A DNA stretch of 63,573 bases, the filler included, from Psammoneis japonica (taxonomy: Eukaryota), in NCBI GenBank assembly GCA_008632985.1. It is 5 parts of 5 records of this genome, joined end to end, with 100 filler letters (N's around TTAATTAATTAA, not from the genome) between each part and the next. Parts side by side here need not be neighbours in the genome. Positions count along the whole stretch, not along the records: positions 1 to 13,208 come from QPGO01000505.1; positions 13,309 to 26,435 come from QPGO01000506.1; 3 more parts are not named here. The stretch is one strand, 5' to 3'. Every line of letters starts with the position of its first letter. Within the stretch, counting starts at the first letter, position 1. The notes beneath the pieces are model-generated. The model was not told the DNA's origin. It was given only the letters and a program-made list of their open reading frames with translations, and searched no databases. Of this stretch, positions 12,268 through 25,600 are shown in pieces. The position numbers and the translations under genes are program-made.

Positions 12268-13208
12268 CTACTGCATATTGAGAGTTTCCATCTTAAGCAA
12301 GGTGGCAGCTTCCACTTGCGCCACCGTAAGAAGTCTCATGCTGCAAATGTCCTTTAACTCTTCAGGAGTCCTGCAATATTCCAAACCCTCATCGTACAAA
12401 ACAATCACCTCTCTTGCCGTCGTCAGGTCCGTTGCCATGCTGAGTTTGAGTTGTCCCAAATGCACATAGGCAGCATGGAACTGCGGATCGGTCTTTATAG
12501 CCTTCTCCAAGAACTCAATCGCATCCGATACATTGGGCGACGGAGAATTCATAACGGCAAGAGCCGCATTGACGTACGGGGTTGGGTTCCCCGGTTCACA
12601 CACAATGGCGCGATCAAACTCCCGTTTGGCATCCTCAAACTCGCCTTGGGCAAAGTGCATTTCACCACGATAGGAATGAACTTCAGACGAATTGGGATCA
12701 ATCGACTCTGCCGCCTCCAATATCCGCTTGGCACCCGCCAAATCGTTGGATGCCATGAGGATGGATGCCAGTCGCAAACTCGCCATAATGTGGTCGGGAC
12801 GGAGTTCAAGGCACCGTTCCAAGTCTGCCTTGGCTTCTGGGATCTTTTGTTGAATCATGTAGAGATTACCACGGTGCAACAAGGCATCGACCGCGTTGGG
12901 ATCAAGGCCCAGTGCCATTTCAAACAACTCCATGGCTTGCTCCGCATTGGATCCGTCCATCTTGACACCTGCACGCTTGACGAGAACTTCAGCCTGTGAC
13001 AGCACACACACAGTAGAGATCAAAACGTTTGCAGTGAGTCGCCGGATTATACAGACACACACTTGATTTTCGAAAACAACTACACAACAATTCGTGACTT
13101 ACATTGGTCGGATCCAAATCACTGCATCGTTCATAGCATTTGAGAGCACCATCCAAATCATATCTCCAGTGCCTGACCATTCCAACCCATTCCAATAGCC
13201 GAGCAAAA
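12268..13208 (-). CDS. TOM70: TPR protein, TOM70-like mitochondrial import receptor (3' part; intron 12994-13102)
   Basis: Tandem TPRs; C-terminus EKAIKTDPQFHAAYVHLG...LEYCRTPEEL...AQ resembles Tom70; 5' end cut by the contig end. Confidence 0.7.
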
Positions 13209-13308
13209 NNNNNNNNNNNNNNNNNNNNNNNNNNNNNNNNNNNNNNNNNNNNTTAATTAATTAANNNNNNNNNNNNNNNNNNNNNNNNNNNNNNNNNNNN
13301 NNNNNNNN
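13209..13308. other. assembly spacer (44 N + TTAATTAATTAA + 44 N)
   Basis: Identical 100-bp spacer occurs four times. Confidence 0.98.
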
Positions 13309-15590
13309 CCTCTTCGTTGCTTAAGAACCTCGCCCACAGCCTTTTTCTCTTGAAGCCACCTCGAGTGTAAGTTGAATTCTGTGGGTGTGTCGTCAACGAC
13401 CTCCAATGAGTTTGACGTCGTCAAAAATTGTTTCTGTACCGATATGTTCGGGTTTTCCCAATCCCCATACGGTATGCCACCAGACAAGAGTTCACTTCTG
13501 GACCATGGCGACGTTGGGAGCAAAAATTCAATTTCTTCTGTCTTCAAGAGCAAAACATCAGTTCGCTTGTCAGGAATTGACTTTAGCAGGGCACCGCGAA
13601 CCACGAATGCCGGTGTCAAATCAACCAGTGCCATGCCATCATAAAGGGGAATATTAAACCCAGATTTCAAAAGCAATGCAAACAGGGTCTCGAAAGTAGC
13701 TGTACGTGCCTCAAGGAGAATCTGCAGCGATCCTTTCCATGCATGTCCAACCATGATGTGCTCTAATTCTGTCTCTGTTGTTCCGGCCTCGCGTAACAGT
13801 CTGGCAATCGATTTAGCAGCATTGATGACTTCTTTTCGGTCATTGTCCGTCAAACTCTCTCCCAGTTCGATTCGGCATTTGAGCGTTACAACGCCTCGAA
13901 ACAGGCCCTTCTTTTTCATATAAATGTCGCCATCTCTTACATAACCGTATTTCTTAATCAATCTCAGATTGTCCTGAATTTGGCGCCTCCTCTTGTAGAC
14001 TCTCGTGTTCCATTCACGGTCTTCATCCTTGTAGATTCTCGAGAACATGACTCCTGCCACCAAACTGTCGCTCTCTGATGATGTAGATGAGGAGGAAGAG
14101 GACACGCTATCTGTCTCGGAGACAAGCTGCGGTAAAGCGCGGTCCATTGCAAACTCCAATTGATCTTGGGAAGCTCTCTTTGGCCCACGACGGTGCTCTT
14201 CCACAAAATTCACAAGGCTTTCCTCGCATTTGCGTTCTGAGATTTCGCCTTTGTCCAACAGAAGTGACAGTTCCGGCCAGAGCGTCTGAACCATATACTT
14301 AATTGCAGCTGGCGTATCGTGACGAATCCATATCAAGTCTCCTACATCTGGATGGTAACCATCTGCATTTTTTATCTGCCATAGAGCCGGAATCACTCGG
14401 ATCCCATCATTACTGCGCCGGCGTCTCATGAAGAGATTAAGTTCTTTGACACAGAACTCGCGTTTGATATATGAGGGTGACAGAATTACCAAGGCATGAG
14501 TACACTGGTATGCAGGTGGAACGAGCGCCTCCAACTTGGTATCTCCAGTCGTCGTTGATGACTCATCAAGAAAGGCGTCAACTCGCAAAATATTCTTCAG
14601 GTACCAGTACGTCGGCCTCCCAATATCCTGTTTGACGTTATCATGTCCAGTGTGAGATATGAAAACAAGAGGGTCCGAGCTCATGGTCCAACGCCGCCCA
14701 GCATTCGGCAAGGTTAGAATTCCGACTTGTTTCCTCTTTCCGTCGTGCAACCATGTCGTATCATATTTTGGATGGCCAAACTCGTCCTGTAGGTCCTCGG
14801 TATTCATCGGTGAATTACCGGAGCTTTCGGTTGCACTCCCCGATACCGTTATCGGCGATGTGTCAAGTGGCTCATTTAATCTGGATCGTCGAGGTAGCCT
14901 ATCCTCAATCCAATTCGCTACCACTTCGGCATACTGCTGTTCAGTCTGGCCGGCTTCTGGGTAGTACCTCGGCCCTTTTATCTCCTTCAAGGCGGTCAAA
15001 GCCATCTTCCAGCGGCGGGGGTACTCTTCCTCCCCCATTGACCACCGAACGAACTGCGAGGCCACAACGGATTCTCTCTGCACAAGTTCCTTAAAGTGTC
15101 GTTTGCTAATGTCTTCTGGACTAAGGTGGAAGTAGAGAGGTAGAACTTCCCCTGGAATCCCATCCTCGACGTCCTTAACCAGAGTTTGCTCTCTTTCGGA
15201 AAGCTTATACTCGAGAAATTCCTGGAAAGATCTTTCCTCGCGAAACCGAAGTGCGTCTTCACGTCGGGGAGACGCGCCATTGTCTCGCGCCAAGGCTATC
15301 TCCAGCTCTTTCAGCGTCCACTCGCTACAAAGAAATTCCGGGCTGAGAAAAACGACAACGATCTTGGCCGTAACGACCCCTCGTATCACGTGGGGTGCGA
15401 CTGGTTCCCCGTTTCTCAAGCTCTCTTTGTCGAAGAACACATTCGTAATGCTCCGGCGTTTCAATTCTTCGTAGACCAGCGACACGATACCCGCCTTTTG
15501 TCCTCCATAGCCAGCGTGACACAAAAAGACATCAGGGACGGCCATTTGCATTTGCATCGGTGTTTCTCGCTCTGTTTCCATTATGGCCAT
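13309..15590 (-). CDS. tandem TIR-domain protein (two TIR_2-like domains), 3' end cut by the contig end
   Basis: DVFLCHAG...VFFDKESL...VVFLSPEFLCSEWTLKEL and VFISHTG...AFLDE...VILSPSYIKREFCVKEL; likely ATG 15590 because the upstream part of the ORF lies in a MITE. Confidence 0.85.
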
Positions 15591-15616
15591 CCTTCTTCTC
15601 GTTCTCCGTTCCCTTG

Positions 15617-15847
15617 CTACCCCGCAAAAGAACTCCGGAATAACAAATTTACGTAGAAGCAGTACCAGGTCCGCAGTAGAAACACCAAATATGTCCGGAA
15701 TTTCGTGATTTTTTGACATCCCTGGTACTGATTCTAAACTGGATTCTACGCAGTTTCTGGATATTCCGGACTTTTTTGGCAATTCTACAGGGGCCCTGGT
15801 ACTGCTTCTACGTAAATTTGGTTTTCCGGAGTTCTTTTGCGGGGTAG
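15617..15847. mobile_element. MITE with 53-bp TIRs and 4-bp TSD CTTG
   Basis: 15617-15669 is the reverse complement of 15795-15847 with 2 mismatches; CTTG at 15613-15616 and 15848-15851. Confidence 0.85.
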
Positions 15848-16323
15848 CTTGCTTGCTTTGGAGTATTTCTCCCCGCCCCAGCGTTCACGTGCCCGAAGGG
15901 TGAATGTTGAAATTCGAGCTTCGCGCACGTAGAGCCTGTAGAAAATGTACCAGCCAGCCCGAAGCTCCGATTTGCGTAGATCACGTAGGAGAGTACCACA
16001 AGGTCATTTGATGAAATGACTGGGACGATTTAGACGACCAAAATGAAAATTTTGATACCACATCATACGTATGGTAGAATTGACATCTGCGCGAAGGGAG
16101 AATGTTGGGCATATCCCTGCTTATTATTTACGAGCTCGAATTTGCACAGACATGCTCCAGAGCGTGTCTGTGCATTTACGTAGATTTTGTACCAGTCGCA
16201 TCGTAGAGTGATGTTGTTCGCCTGCCCCAACGAACTCTTTCTCGTACATAAAATATTACTCACGCCTGCCGGATAGGTTGGAGGTACATTTTCCTGGTAC
16301 AAACACGTAGAATTTAACGCAGC

Positions 16324-16395
16324 TGCAGTGACCCTCGTTTTGGGGGGTCACTGCACGCGCGGTGGCAGTGACCCTCGTTTTGGGGGGTCACTGCA
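16324..16395. repeat. two identical hairpin units (GCAGTGACCC-loop-GGGTCACTGC), 40-bp period
   Basis: Copies at 16325-16355 and 16365-16395. Confidence 0.9.
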
Positions 16396-16659
16396 TAAGC
16401 AGGGATATGTCCGGTCACGTAGGTAGCTCCGATTTTATGGAAAAAAAAAAAGAGGAAAAGGAGGAGGAGAGGAGAAAACGCCATACGTTCGATCCGCACG
16501 TACGACGGCCGGACGTTTTACGACATTCCTTTTGCTGCGAGAAAAGACGGAAACAACAAACCAACCATGATGCGGCAACAACCAATGCTTGATCTTGCCA
16601 CCAAACCTTTTCCTGCCAAAAATGCCAATGCATGACATCCACGATATGCTGTTACAAGT

Positions 16660-19600
16660 GTGTCAATGGCAAGAGATGTGAGAGAAAACACCCAAAAATG
16701 GGCAACACAAAAGCTCCTTCCTCTTGCACAGCCAATGTTCTGCTTTTGCTGCCAAAACTGCTGTTGAGCAGCACACTGTGATGTTTCTCTTTGGCAAGCA
16801 TGGCAGTGAAAAGAGAGGCACCAGCGTGCTGCCAGGAGAAAAAGCTCAAGCAAGCGGGGCAAACACAAAGGCCCTTTGCACGGCTTTGCCACAAGACTCA
16901 GGCTCTCAGCTCTCACAAATTGTGCACTTCAATCCAAGTTTGCACTTGACAGATTGAAGACTGACTCTCAGCAATCAGGTGTCAGGTTCTGCTGTCACAC
17001 TGTGCCTGTGAGCGGCGGCGCCAAGGGCTGCTTGGCAGCCCAGCAGCCAGCTCTCTGTGAAAGAAAATGGCTGCAAAAGGAAAGGATCCGCCTGCTGCAA
17101 CACAAGAGACAAGCAATCAAGAGTGCATTTTTCTGTGATTTGGTGTCAAAGGAAATGTGCTTGTTTGTGAGTGCTGTGCTGGCAAGATCAGCTGTGGGGC
17201 GCAGCCAAGCCAAGCCAATGTCACAGCAGTGGCTGGCCTCCTCTCATGATGTTGGCACTGGGAAAGATCGTGCAGCTGTGACACTGCAGCAAATTGGCAC
17301 CTCTGTCAGCTCCACATGAAAAAGCAATTGCAAAAGGAAAGGAGCCATCTGCAGTGCAAGAGACAAGCAGCAGCAGCCAGCTTCCTGTGCGGGGTGGCTT
17401 GGGGGGGCTGCTTGAAGCACTGCAGCGGCTGTGCTCTGTGCTGGCCATCCAACAGAGATGAAAGGACCATGATGTTGGCTGCAAGATGAAAGGACTGTGT
17501 TGCTGGTCTCACAACTGGTGCCAAACAAGTGCAGGAAATTTTCCTTTCACAATCCGAGGAAATGTGGGGCTGAGAGAGGAGGAGCCCCCCGACCCAAAAT
17601 CCCGCTCATGCTCACATCTTGATTCACCCCCTCATTGGCTTGTTAAATGAGTGAAACAAAAAGGCTTTCCTCTTTTGTTTTGTTGCACAATGTGTGCCAG
17701 ATTTGCTGCACCAACTTGAGCTTTTGTGGGCTTGCTTCTAGCATGTCACACTTGAAAAAACCCCCCATGGCAGCACATCTTTTTGTCCTTGAGAAAGTGC
17801 CCCCCAATGGTGTCTGCCTCACTCATTGAGTGCATTGCACAAAAAGAGGTGTTTTGGCAGCCAGAGGCTCTGGACAAATCAACTTCTAGATGAAAGGATC
17901 ATGACGGTTGCAACTGCACATTGAACAACCAATCAATTTTTCCTTTTCCAAGTTCCTTGTCTTTCCTTGTCTAGGAAAATTCAGCGCCAAATGAGGAATT
18001 CCCTGTGATCGAAAGCCCTGAAAATGATGCAGTGATTGGTGCGTTGACAATGATTCCGTCTGTGGCGTTGCCATCAAATTTGTGCCGGAAAACCATGTGT
18101 GTTTCTACTTGTCGCCATCAAGGTGGAATTGTGTTGTTGTCAAATTCTGCACAAACCCTGGCACATTTCCTGCACAGTTTGTAAAGAGCTGCCTGCGCAG
18201 CTGGACGATTGCCGAGTGTTGCTTCGGGCAACGACATTCCACCTTCGGGCACGTGAACCGCGCAATTGTCTTGCAATTTGCAGCAAGAGGTCTCAGTGCT
18301 GCAGATCGAAGATGTGTGCTTCTACGTCGTAATTTTCGCACAACCTTCCACCTCACGCCCCAGCGTTCGGGAGACAAAAGGTCTGCTGTGGATGTGGATG
18401 CTTTTAGAAACATTGCGCAGAAATCTGCGCAATCAGCAGGTGGCATTTTTCTGTGCAATTTCTCGTGCACTGCAAACCTCTGCAGCACCTCTGCATTGAT
18501 CCAAGATTTCAAGACGCGCTTTTTTGCAAATGGATCAAGCCTGCTGTTGGGCTGGACTCTTGGGCATGAACACAATTGAACAACAGGACAGACAGGCCAT
18601 GTTCAATCAGCGTCAGATCAGCTGCCAGCCGGCCTCCCACTTCCAATGTTCCTGCATGCAGCCTCCATGGAGACTTCGAATCATTGCATGCTAAATTTTG
18701 CGGGGCGGAGCTTTTTCAATGCATGGGTCCAAATCTGCACCATGCACTGTGTCACATCTTTCAAAAATCAACATCTGTCGGTGTTGTCGATGCCACCCAT
18801 GCGTTGCAAGGCATGTCGTGGTGGCACATGTCTGCTTTGTCTTGCTCCTCTTGTTCTCTTGTCAGCGTCAGCTTGATCTGCCGTTCTCTTCTTTGATGCA
18901 TGCTCTTTTGTCATTTTTTTCAGATTTTGCCATGAGCTCTGTTCTGAACGCTGCTTTTGCACTCCCCTTTGCTCTCTGTGATCTGCAGCTTGCTTTCTGC
19001 ATTTTTGGCACTCGGCTTTTGCTCTTGCACGAGCGGATTTTTTTACAATGTTCTTCTGTGCGCACTTCAGCAATGCAATGGTCATCCATTTGCTGCCATT
19101 CTCTTGGGCTGTTTTCAAAAAGGATCATTGCAATGCCTTGTCTCCCATTGGATTCTCCACGCAGAAGTCAAGAAAATCATTGCCATGACGTTCAAAGCTT
19201 TTGCATCACATTGTCCCTGTGTCTGATGCAGCAGTGTCTTTGCAACTGCAAAACAAGGCTTGGAAACCAAGGCAAGCCATCCAATGTTGCAACTCTGTTC
19301 TCCCTGTGAACAACAGTTGCTCATGTGGTTGTCATCCAACATTGCTTTGTTGTGAAAGATTCTCATGCCATCTAAGAATTCTGCCAGGTCTTCAACAGCT
19401 TCAACAGATCTCCAATTCTCATCCTTTTCAGCCATTTTCTGCCTCTGTGAAAGCTTCTTCCAAAGAGAAAATGTCGCTCAACCACCTTGCCATGTCATCC
19501 TTCTTCAGCCATGCATCTGCACAATCCCACTTCTGCATGCTTTGTTTTGATGCCAAAAAGACAGCCATTGAATTCCTCATCCAATCCAACAGATGACAAG

Positions 19601-22600
19601 AAAGAGCCTGGACCAACTGGGCACCAATGCTTGCCATGGGTTCCCTCATCCTGGATCCATTTAAAGGGCCATGATGATGAGAGCCCTTGACAGTCCTCTG
19701 TCGGATCAGGGGCATTTCAACTCTGCTTTTGGTTCTTGCAAGTTGCTCCACTCTTGGATTTCCTCTTTCCACAGAAAAAAGTGCTGCCAGCCCCTGCTGC
19801 AGGCGTCTGGAGGTTGCATTGTCTACAGAGGCATCAAACTCTTTAAAGAATCCACCAAAGAATCCCTTCTTATCAGGTTCTGGCTCTTCCTGCCATTCCT
19901 GCCTCACAAGCTGAATCAAAGTGGCAGAACTCAGAGAGGGAGCAACATGTCATGAAGCAATGAATTGCGGCGCAAGTTTGTGGATCAAACAAAATGTCAA
20001 ACAACTTTTGCATCCCTCCCATTGAGAGCATTGATGTTGATTGTTGAGTGCCATTGTGTGTTGCAGTTTCAGAAAAATCAAAATTTCAAAAAGCTCCACC
20101 CTGCAAAAATTGGCACGCAATGAATCGAAGTCCCTGCAGCCGATGCACAATCACACTGGAAATGGTTGGCCGGCCAGCAACAACCAATCTGATGCTCATT
20201 GAATGAGGATGAATTGTTGAAGCCTGCGGAGGAGCCTGTGCAGCCCTGCCTGTCCTGTTGTCCAATTGTGTGTCCATGCTTTCAGGCTCCCTTTGTCACT
20301 GATGGCTGGCCTTGCTCATGGCATGGCTCCCAAATCTTGGCAACAACATCCAGCTTTTCTGCCACATCTGCTCTTCTCTTCTTCAGCTTGTGCCAGTCTC
20401 AAAGGACTTTTTTGCAACCACGATCAAAGTCAACAATGGCAAAGCAACACAAATCATTTTGTTGAAGTCTCTAGAAAGATCAAGCTTGCTGACAAATTTT
20501 GTCATTGTTCCTTTTTTTGGGTGCACATTGGTGGTTGGCACAACATTGCCAACAAGGGCAGTGGGGCATGATGGCATTTGATGTCACTTGATTCTTTGTT
20601 GGAGCTCCGCCATCACCAGCCGTGGCTCTGGACATTTGCCCCAACATTTGCTGTCTGTCAGTGCCCTGGTGCTTTTTTTTATTTTCAGGGTGCAATTTTG
20701 GCATGTCCTGTTTGTGCATCTGAAAACAAAGAAGCAGCAGTGCACACATTTTTGTGTCAAAATGTCACTGCTGTGATTTGTTGCTGCTGCTTTCAGGTTT
20801 GCTGTCACCAGTCCATTGACTGCTGAGTCATTCTCATCATTCTGCCATTTCATTTGCAGCACTGCTTGGTGTTGTTGAATGGATCACTTTGCATGTGTGA
20901 GCTTGTGCTGCCTTTGGGGTGGAGGTGAGCCTCAAAGCCATGCTTTTGTACAAAGGAGCAAGAGCTGTCTCAACACAAGAACGTGCTGTCTGTGCCAAAC
21001 TTTCTGCTGCATGGGTTGTGCCCCATGCCTCAATGATGGGATGAACCACTCATCACTTTCACCCAAGCAGCATTTGAGCTTGTGTGCAGTTCCTCCACTG
21101 CACTTTCACAGGACTCTTTTGGAAACGAGTGCCGCCAATCTCTGTTGTGATGGTGGTGTGCTTTGTGACAGCAGCCGCTTGCACAATTCCAACAACCAAC
21201 CTTCCTCAGTCAGGGTCCAAAAAGCACTCATGTCTTGCACACACAAGCTGTCACCAAGTCTCAGGTGTGCTGCAGTGTCCATTGGCAACAGCATTGTCAG
21301 AGTGGAGAGCAGTGTTCCTTGGCACACATGGGTGGTTGGCCAGTCAGAGTGTCCGCTGGTGGCAAAATCAGTTTCCGTGCAGATGACATGCAGACACAAC
21401 AAAGGACAGCTGCTCCAATCCATTTGAGCATGGATTTGGAACCAGCTCATGGATCCAGTTGCCAATGGTTGGGAGCTCTCATCCATTGCACTTTTGGTTT
21501 CACGCACTGTCCCATGACAAAGCACACCACGTGCTGCATTGCGCAGCAAAAAAATGAGCAAGGTGTTGTGATTGCTGCTGTCAATTTGATGAGGAAGCAA
21601 AAAATGTTCCAAACAAGGCACCGGCTGTTGTGTGCAGCTTGCAGCATCCAACAACTGCATTTGCTGCATGAGTTGGCTCCTCTTCTCTCTTTGAAAAAAA
21701 AATCCGTTGTTCCTTTTTTGTGTCATGCACGGTGTGCTGATCCCTGTCGGGATCTCTCCCCACAGTGGAAATCACTTCAGATTGAAAAAGTGTTTTCACA
21801 TGCATTGGATGCAAAGAACTTTAGAATCCTCTTTCAAATGTTGAATGCAAATTGATGTCGCCAAAATGAGAGTGATGATGTTAAAATTTGAAGCAAAGAT
21901 TGATGTCAACAAATGTCATTTGTTCAATTGGTTGTTTCAATGTTCTGCTGTCATTCCCATTTTTGGCGGGAAAAGTTTGTGTGAGGAGCATGCAATTCTC
22001 AGGAATGACAACAAAAGGATCCCCATGAAAGTTCTTTTCCAAAAGCCAGTTGTTTGTCAAGGGTGGTTCCCGCCACGGGGACAGATCTGCACTGTTGACA
22101 TTGGAAATCAGAGCATCATTTTCTGCATCTGTCATGGAAAATTGACAGAAACAAAAATGATGCCATCCATGCACCTGCATTCCTCAGATGCTGACAATTG
22201 CATCTGCAGCAGAAACAAACCCATTGATTGCAGACTCAGTTTCACAGTGGTCATGAGAGCCCTGCAGAAGTCAGCAAGCACACTGCTTGTTTGTGTGACG
22301 TGCTCCAGCCGCACGTGACCCAAATTGTGCACAAAAACAACATTTGCGCAATTTTTGCGTGGACTCTCACTTGCAAACAAGCTTTCACCACCAAAAGTGT
22401 GGATTCTGCAACACTGGCAAGACTTGTGTGAGCACTGCAATGTGATTGTCATTGCACTGTCTGTGTTTTCATTGCAACAAACAAATCACAACACAGCGGA
22501 TGATTTTTGGCAAAATTGTTGCCATGGTTTGGATGTCAAATCAAACAATTTTTTTGCAAGACCTTCTGGCAGGTGTTCCACCTGCAACCAAAAATCTGCA

Positions 22601-25600
22601 TCCAATGCACTGACATGCAATCAGCGCTGAGTCTACAGAGAGAGTTTGTGACACATGTCCCATGAGGAATTGAGTGCTGTTTTCCCCCCTCAACAGTCAT
22701 CAAAAACCCAGGGAAAAGGCCTTGAGTCACAGGTCATTGAACCCCACCATCTCATGGCATGCGCACTTGCACAAACATTGGTTGCCCCCCCCCCTTAAAT
22801 TCAACGTTCACTTGTCAGGAGTGAAACATTTTTGTTTGCACTCTCTTTGCTGGTTGGTGTGTTTTGCACTTGTGTTGCTCCCAGACACATTTTGTTCAAT
22901 TGGCACTTGTTGACTTGAGTGCCAACATGCCAAGTCACATGGCTGCATCATTGCCTGAACCATGAACAGCTGCATTTTGTTCCTGCTGAAAAAGTTTCAT
23001 TTTCAAATTGTGTGTGGCATTTTTGCCAAAAGTTCTGCATTTCTGTCCTCATGACGGGTGCCAATCATTCCGCCAAATTTTCACCTGCTTTCCCTTCAAG
23101 ACTCCTCCCCCTGGCGAGTCACAATGTTTCATTTCCACCATTTGCCTGAGCAATTGCACATGGGACATTTTTCTCTTTTGCTTGTGATCTGCAGATCCAA
23201 TTGCCTGCTTTTTTGGCAAATCAGTGCAGAGCCATGAAAGCAGTGTGACCAGCAGTCTGCAGGATTCTACGTCCGCTGTTCATGCCACGATTGCCCATGG
23301 TGGTTTGCCTCTCCTGCTGTTGCAATCATGCCCTGGCTCAAAGTCACACCCAAGCAAAAGCAATGTCTCTCTTCTCACTCTGATGATTTGTTCAAGGATG
23401 TGACACCGAATGTGAAACTGGCGTTGCACTCTGCTTTGTCACATCTCCTGACCACGACGGTTCATTGCTTGATGTTTTGTCTCCCTCCAATGTGGCAGCA
23501 AGCCTCTCTGATGACATCAATCTCAGCTCTGATGATGACTCCATGTCCAATGGGCAACAACTCAACCAGCCAAGGCAGCTCTCATGCCAGGGCACTGTCT
23601 TCATCTGGAGACCTTGATGGTTGTGCCAGCAATTGTCTTTCTTCTCCCAATGAAGACAACACAGACGACAATTCTTCAGACAAAAGGGATGGTTCTGTGC
23701 TGGACGACAAAGCCAAAGTGTGCACCAACGGTGTTGGTGGCACCCACATGACCAAGGATCAATTTTAAAAAAATCATCGAGACACAGCACCACCGTCAGC
23801 ACTTTCTTGAGACTTCTGAATGGACTCCCTCCCCCAACCTCATTGCTCTGCCCTTTGTTCATTGCAACTGCCAGAGTTGAGCCTCCCATTTCTTCATGGA
23901 AGTGTTGATGGTCAATGACACAGTTGCCCATTCTCTTGGCATCAAAAATGGCTTTCATTGTGTGAAAAGTTGTGGCTGTGGTTGTGTTTCTGCCAAAAGA
24001 TGGGAGGTGTGTTCTGGAGCACCGCAAGCTGGCCAAAACCTTTTCCAATCTGTCCCAGTTTGGCAAAAATCTTTGTGCAATCATTGACAATGCATGCAAG
24101 ATGACAGTGTGCAGTCAACTTGGCAATGACCCTTGCTTCCTGTGGATCACCAGAGCTTCCATTCCAAGTTGGGCTTTTTTGCACAACACCTGAGCACCCG
24201 CTGCCCCCATGACGGACTGTTGCTTTCTGCCTCACGTCAGCAAAGAGTTCAGCAATTTTTGACACTGGTTCACCATCATTTTTTTCAGCTGAAAAAGAGG
24301 AAAAAGTTTGTGCTGTTTTGCAACAATGCTCTGCCCTGATGAGCATGGGTCAGAAGTTGAAGGAAGGGAAGGTTGCCAAAAAGATCCTTGCCAATCATGT
24401 GGAATGTGTCAAGGCTTGCATCAACACCCATGCCTCTGCAAAAGGCATGGCACAAAAATGCCAAGAGTTGGTTGAACGTGAGCTCCACTCCACCCTCAAG
24501 CGTTCCTGCAAGGACATGAATTGTTTCAAGTTCCACAACCTGGCAATTGTGCGGTCACATGTCCGCAATCTCACGCATCCACACCTTTCCTGTGAAGCCA
24601 ACGCAAAGTTTGTCTCTTCCACCAAGAGGATGAAGAAGAGCAAGGAGTCCTTCACCATGTCAGCTGCTTCTCTGGCACCACCGCCTGCTTCATCCACAAA
24701 CAACACCAGCCAGAATCCTGTTGCTCAGCCAACCAGCACCACGGCCAATGCCCTTCCAGCTGCCAATTGCTCCATCAGCATGCTTGCCTCCCAGTTGCAA
24801 CCTTCAGCTGACAACACAGTTGAGTTGTTGTAAGACAGAGATTTGCCATTTGCAGGTGGTTCATCAAACAACAATGACCCCGTTCAGAATGTCCCTGACA
24901 CCTGCGCTGTTGGTCCATCCTCAGGAGTTGCTTCTGCAGCATCTCCATTGAAGCCAAGCACATCAGCAAGCTCCACAAAACTTCCTCATCAATCCATGAT
25001 TGGTTCCCCTGTGGTCATTGTTGCAGCTTTGCATCGCCAGCTGATGTCTTGAGATGTGCTCCTTGCAATTGTGGTTTTTACAATCTGGACAACGATGATG
25101 AGGACAACGAGCAATTCGCCAATCATGAGCTAAACTTGCATCATTCTCCAGCTGACTGTTGCCTGTTTGACAATCTGCGCCATCATCTTTGTTCCTTTGA
25201 GACAATGCAACCACTTCCTTCTGCTGCAACTCATGATCAGGAGCTGGTGGTTGTCCCCCAAGGGCTCAACGCATCCAGGATGACGCCACCATTTTGTGGT
25301 CTTCCTCACATCTTTGGCAGAAACACTTTGGATCTCTCCAAGTTGATGTTGGCATGATTGCTCATTTTGCATTTGAACACGGCTGTTCCATTGCCCTTTG
25401 TGAGAATGACAAGCACAACAACAATGCTGGTCCAAGCAGCCAGAGAAAGGGATGGATTGATTTTGGTGCCTGTGCGAGTCGCACAAAGTGCTTGAGAACA
25501 TGGAGAAAGTCCGGAAATGACAAGTCAGTTTTTGAATTTTTGAGAAAGAAAAAAACCTTGTCACCCGCAATCAGATCAAGTCTGTGCTTGTGGACATCTG

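Noticed and set aside
13253..13264. TTAA piggyBac target site or biological palindrome
   Set aside because: It is the assembly linker, identical in all four spacers
12268..15590. A single TIR-TIR-TPR immune receptor spanning the gap
   Set aside because: The gap is an artificial spacer between unlinked contigs, and the TPR part looks like TOM70
15591..15782. N-terminal 64 aa of the 841-aa ORF as coding
   Set aside because: It lies mostly within the MITE and begins at a non-ATG codon
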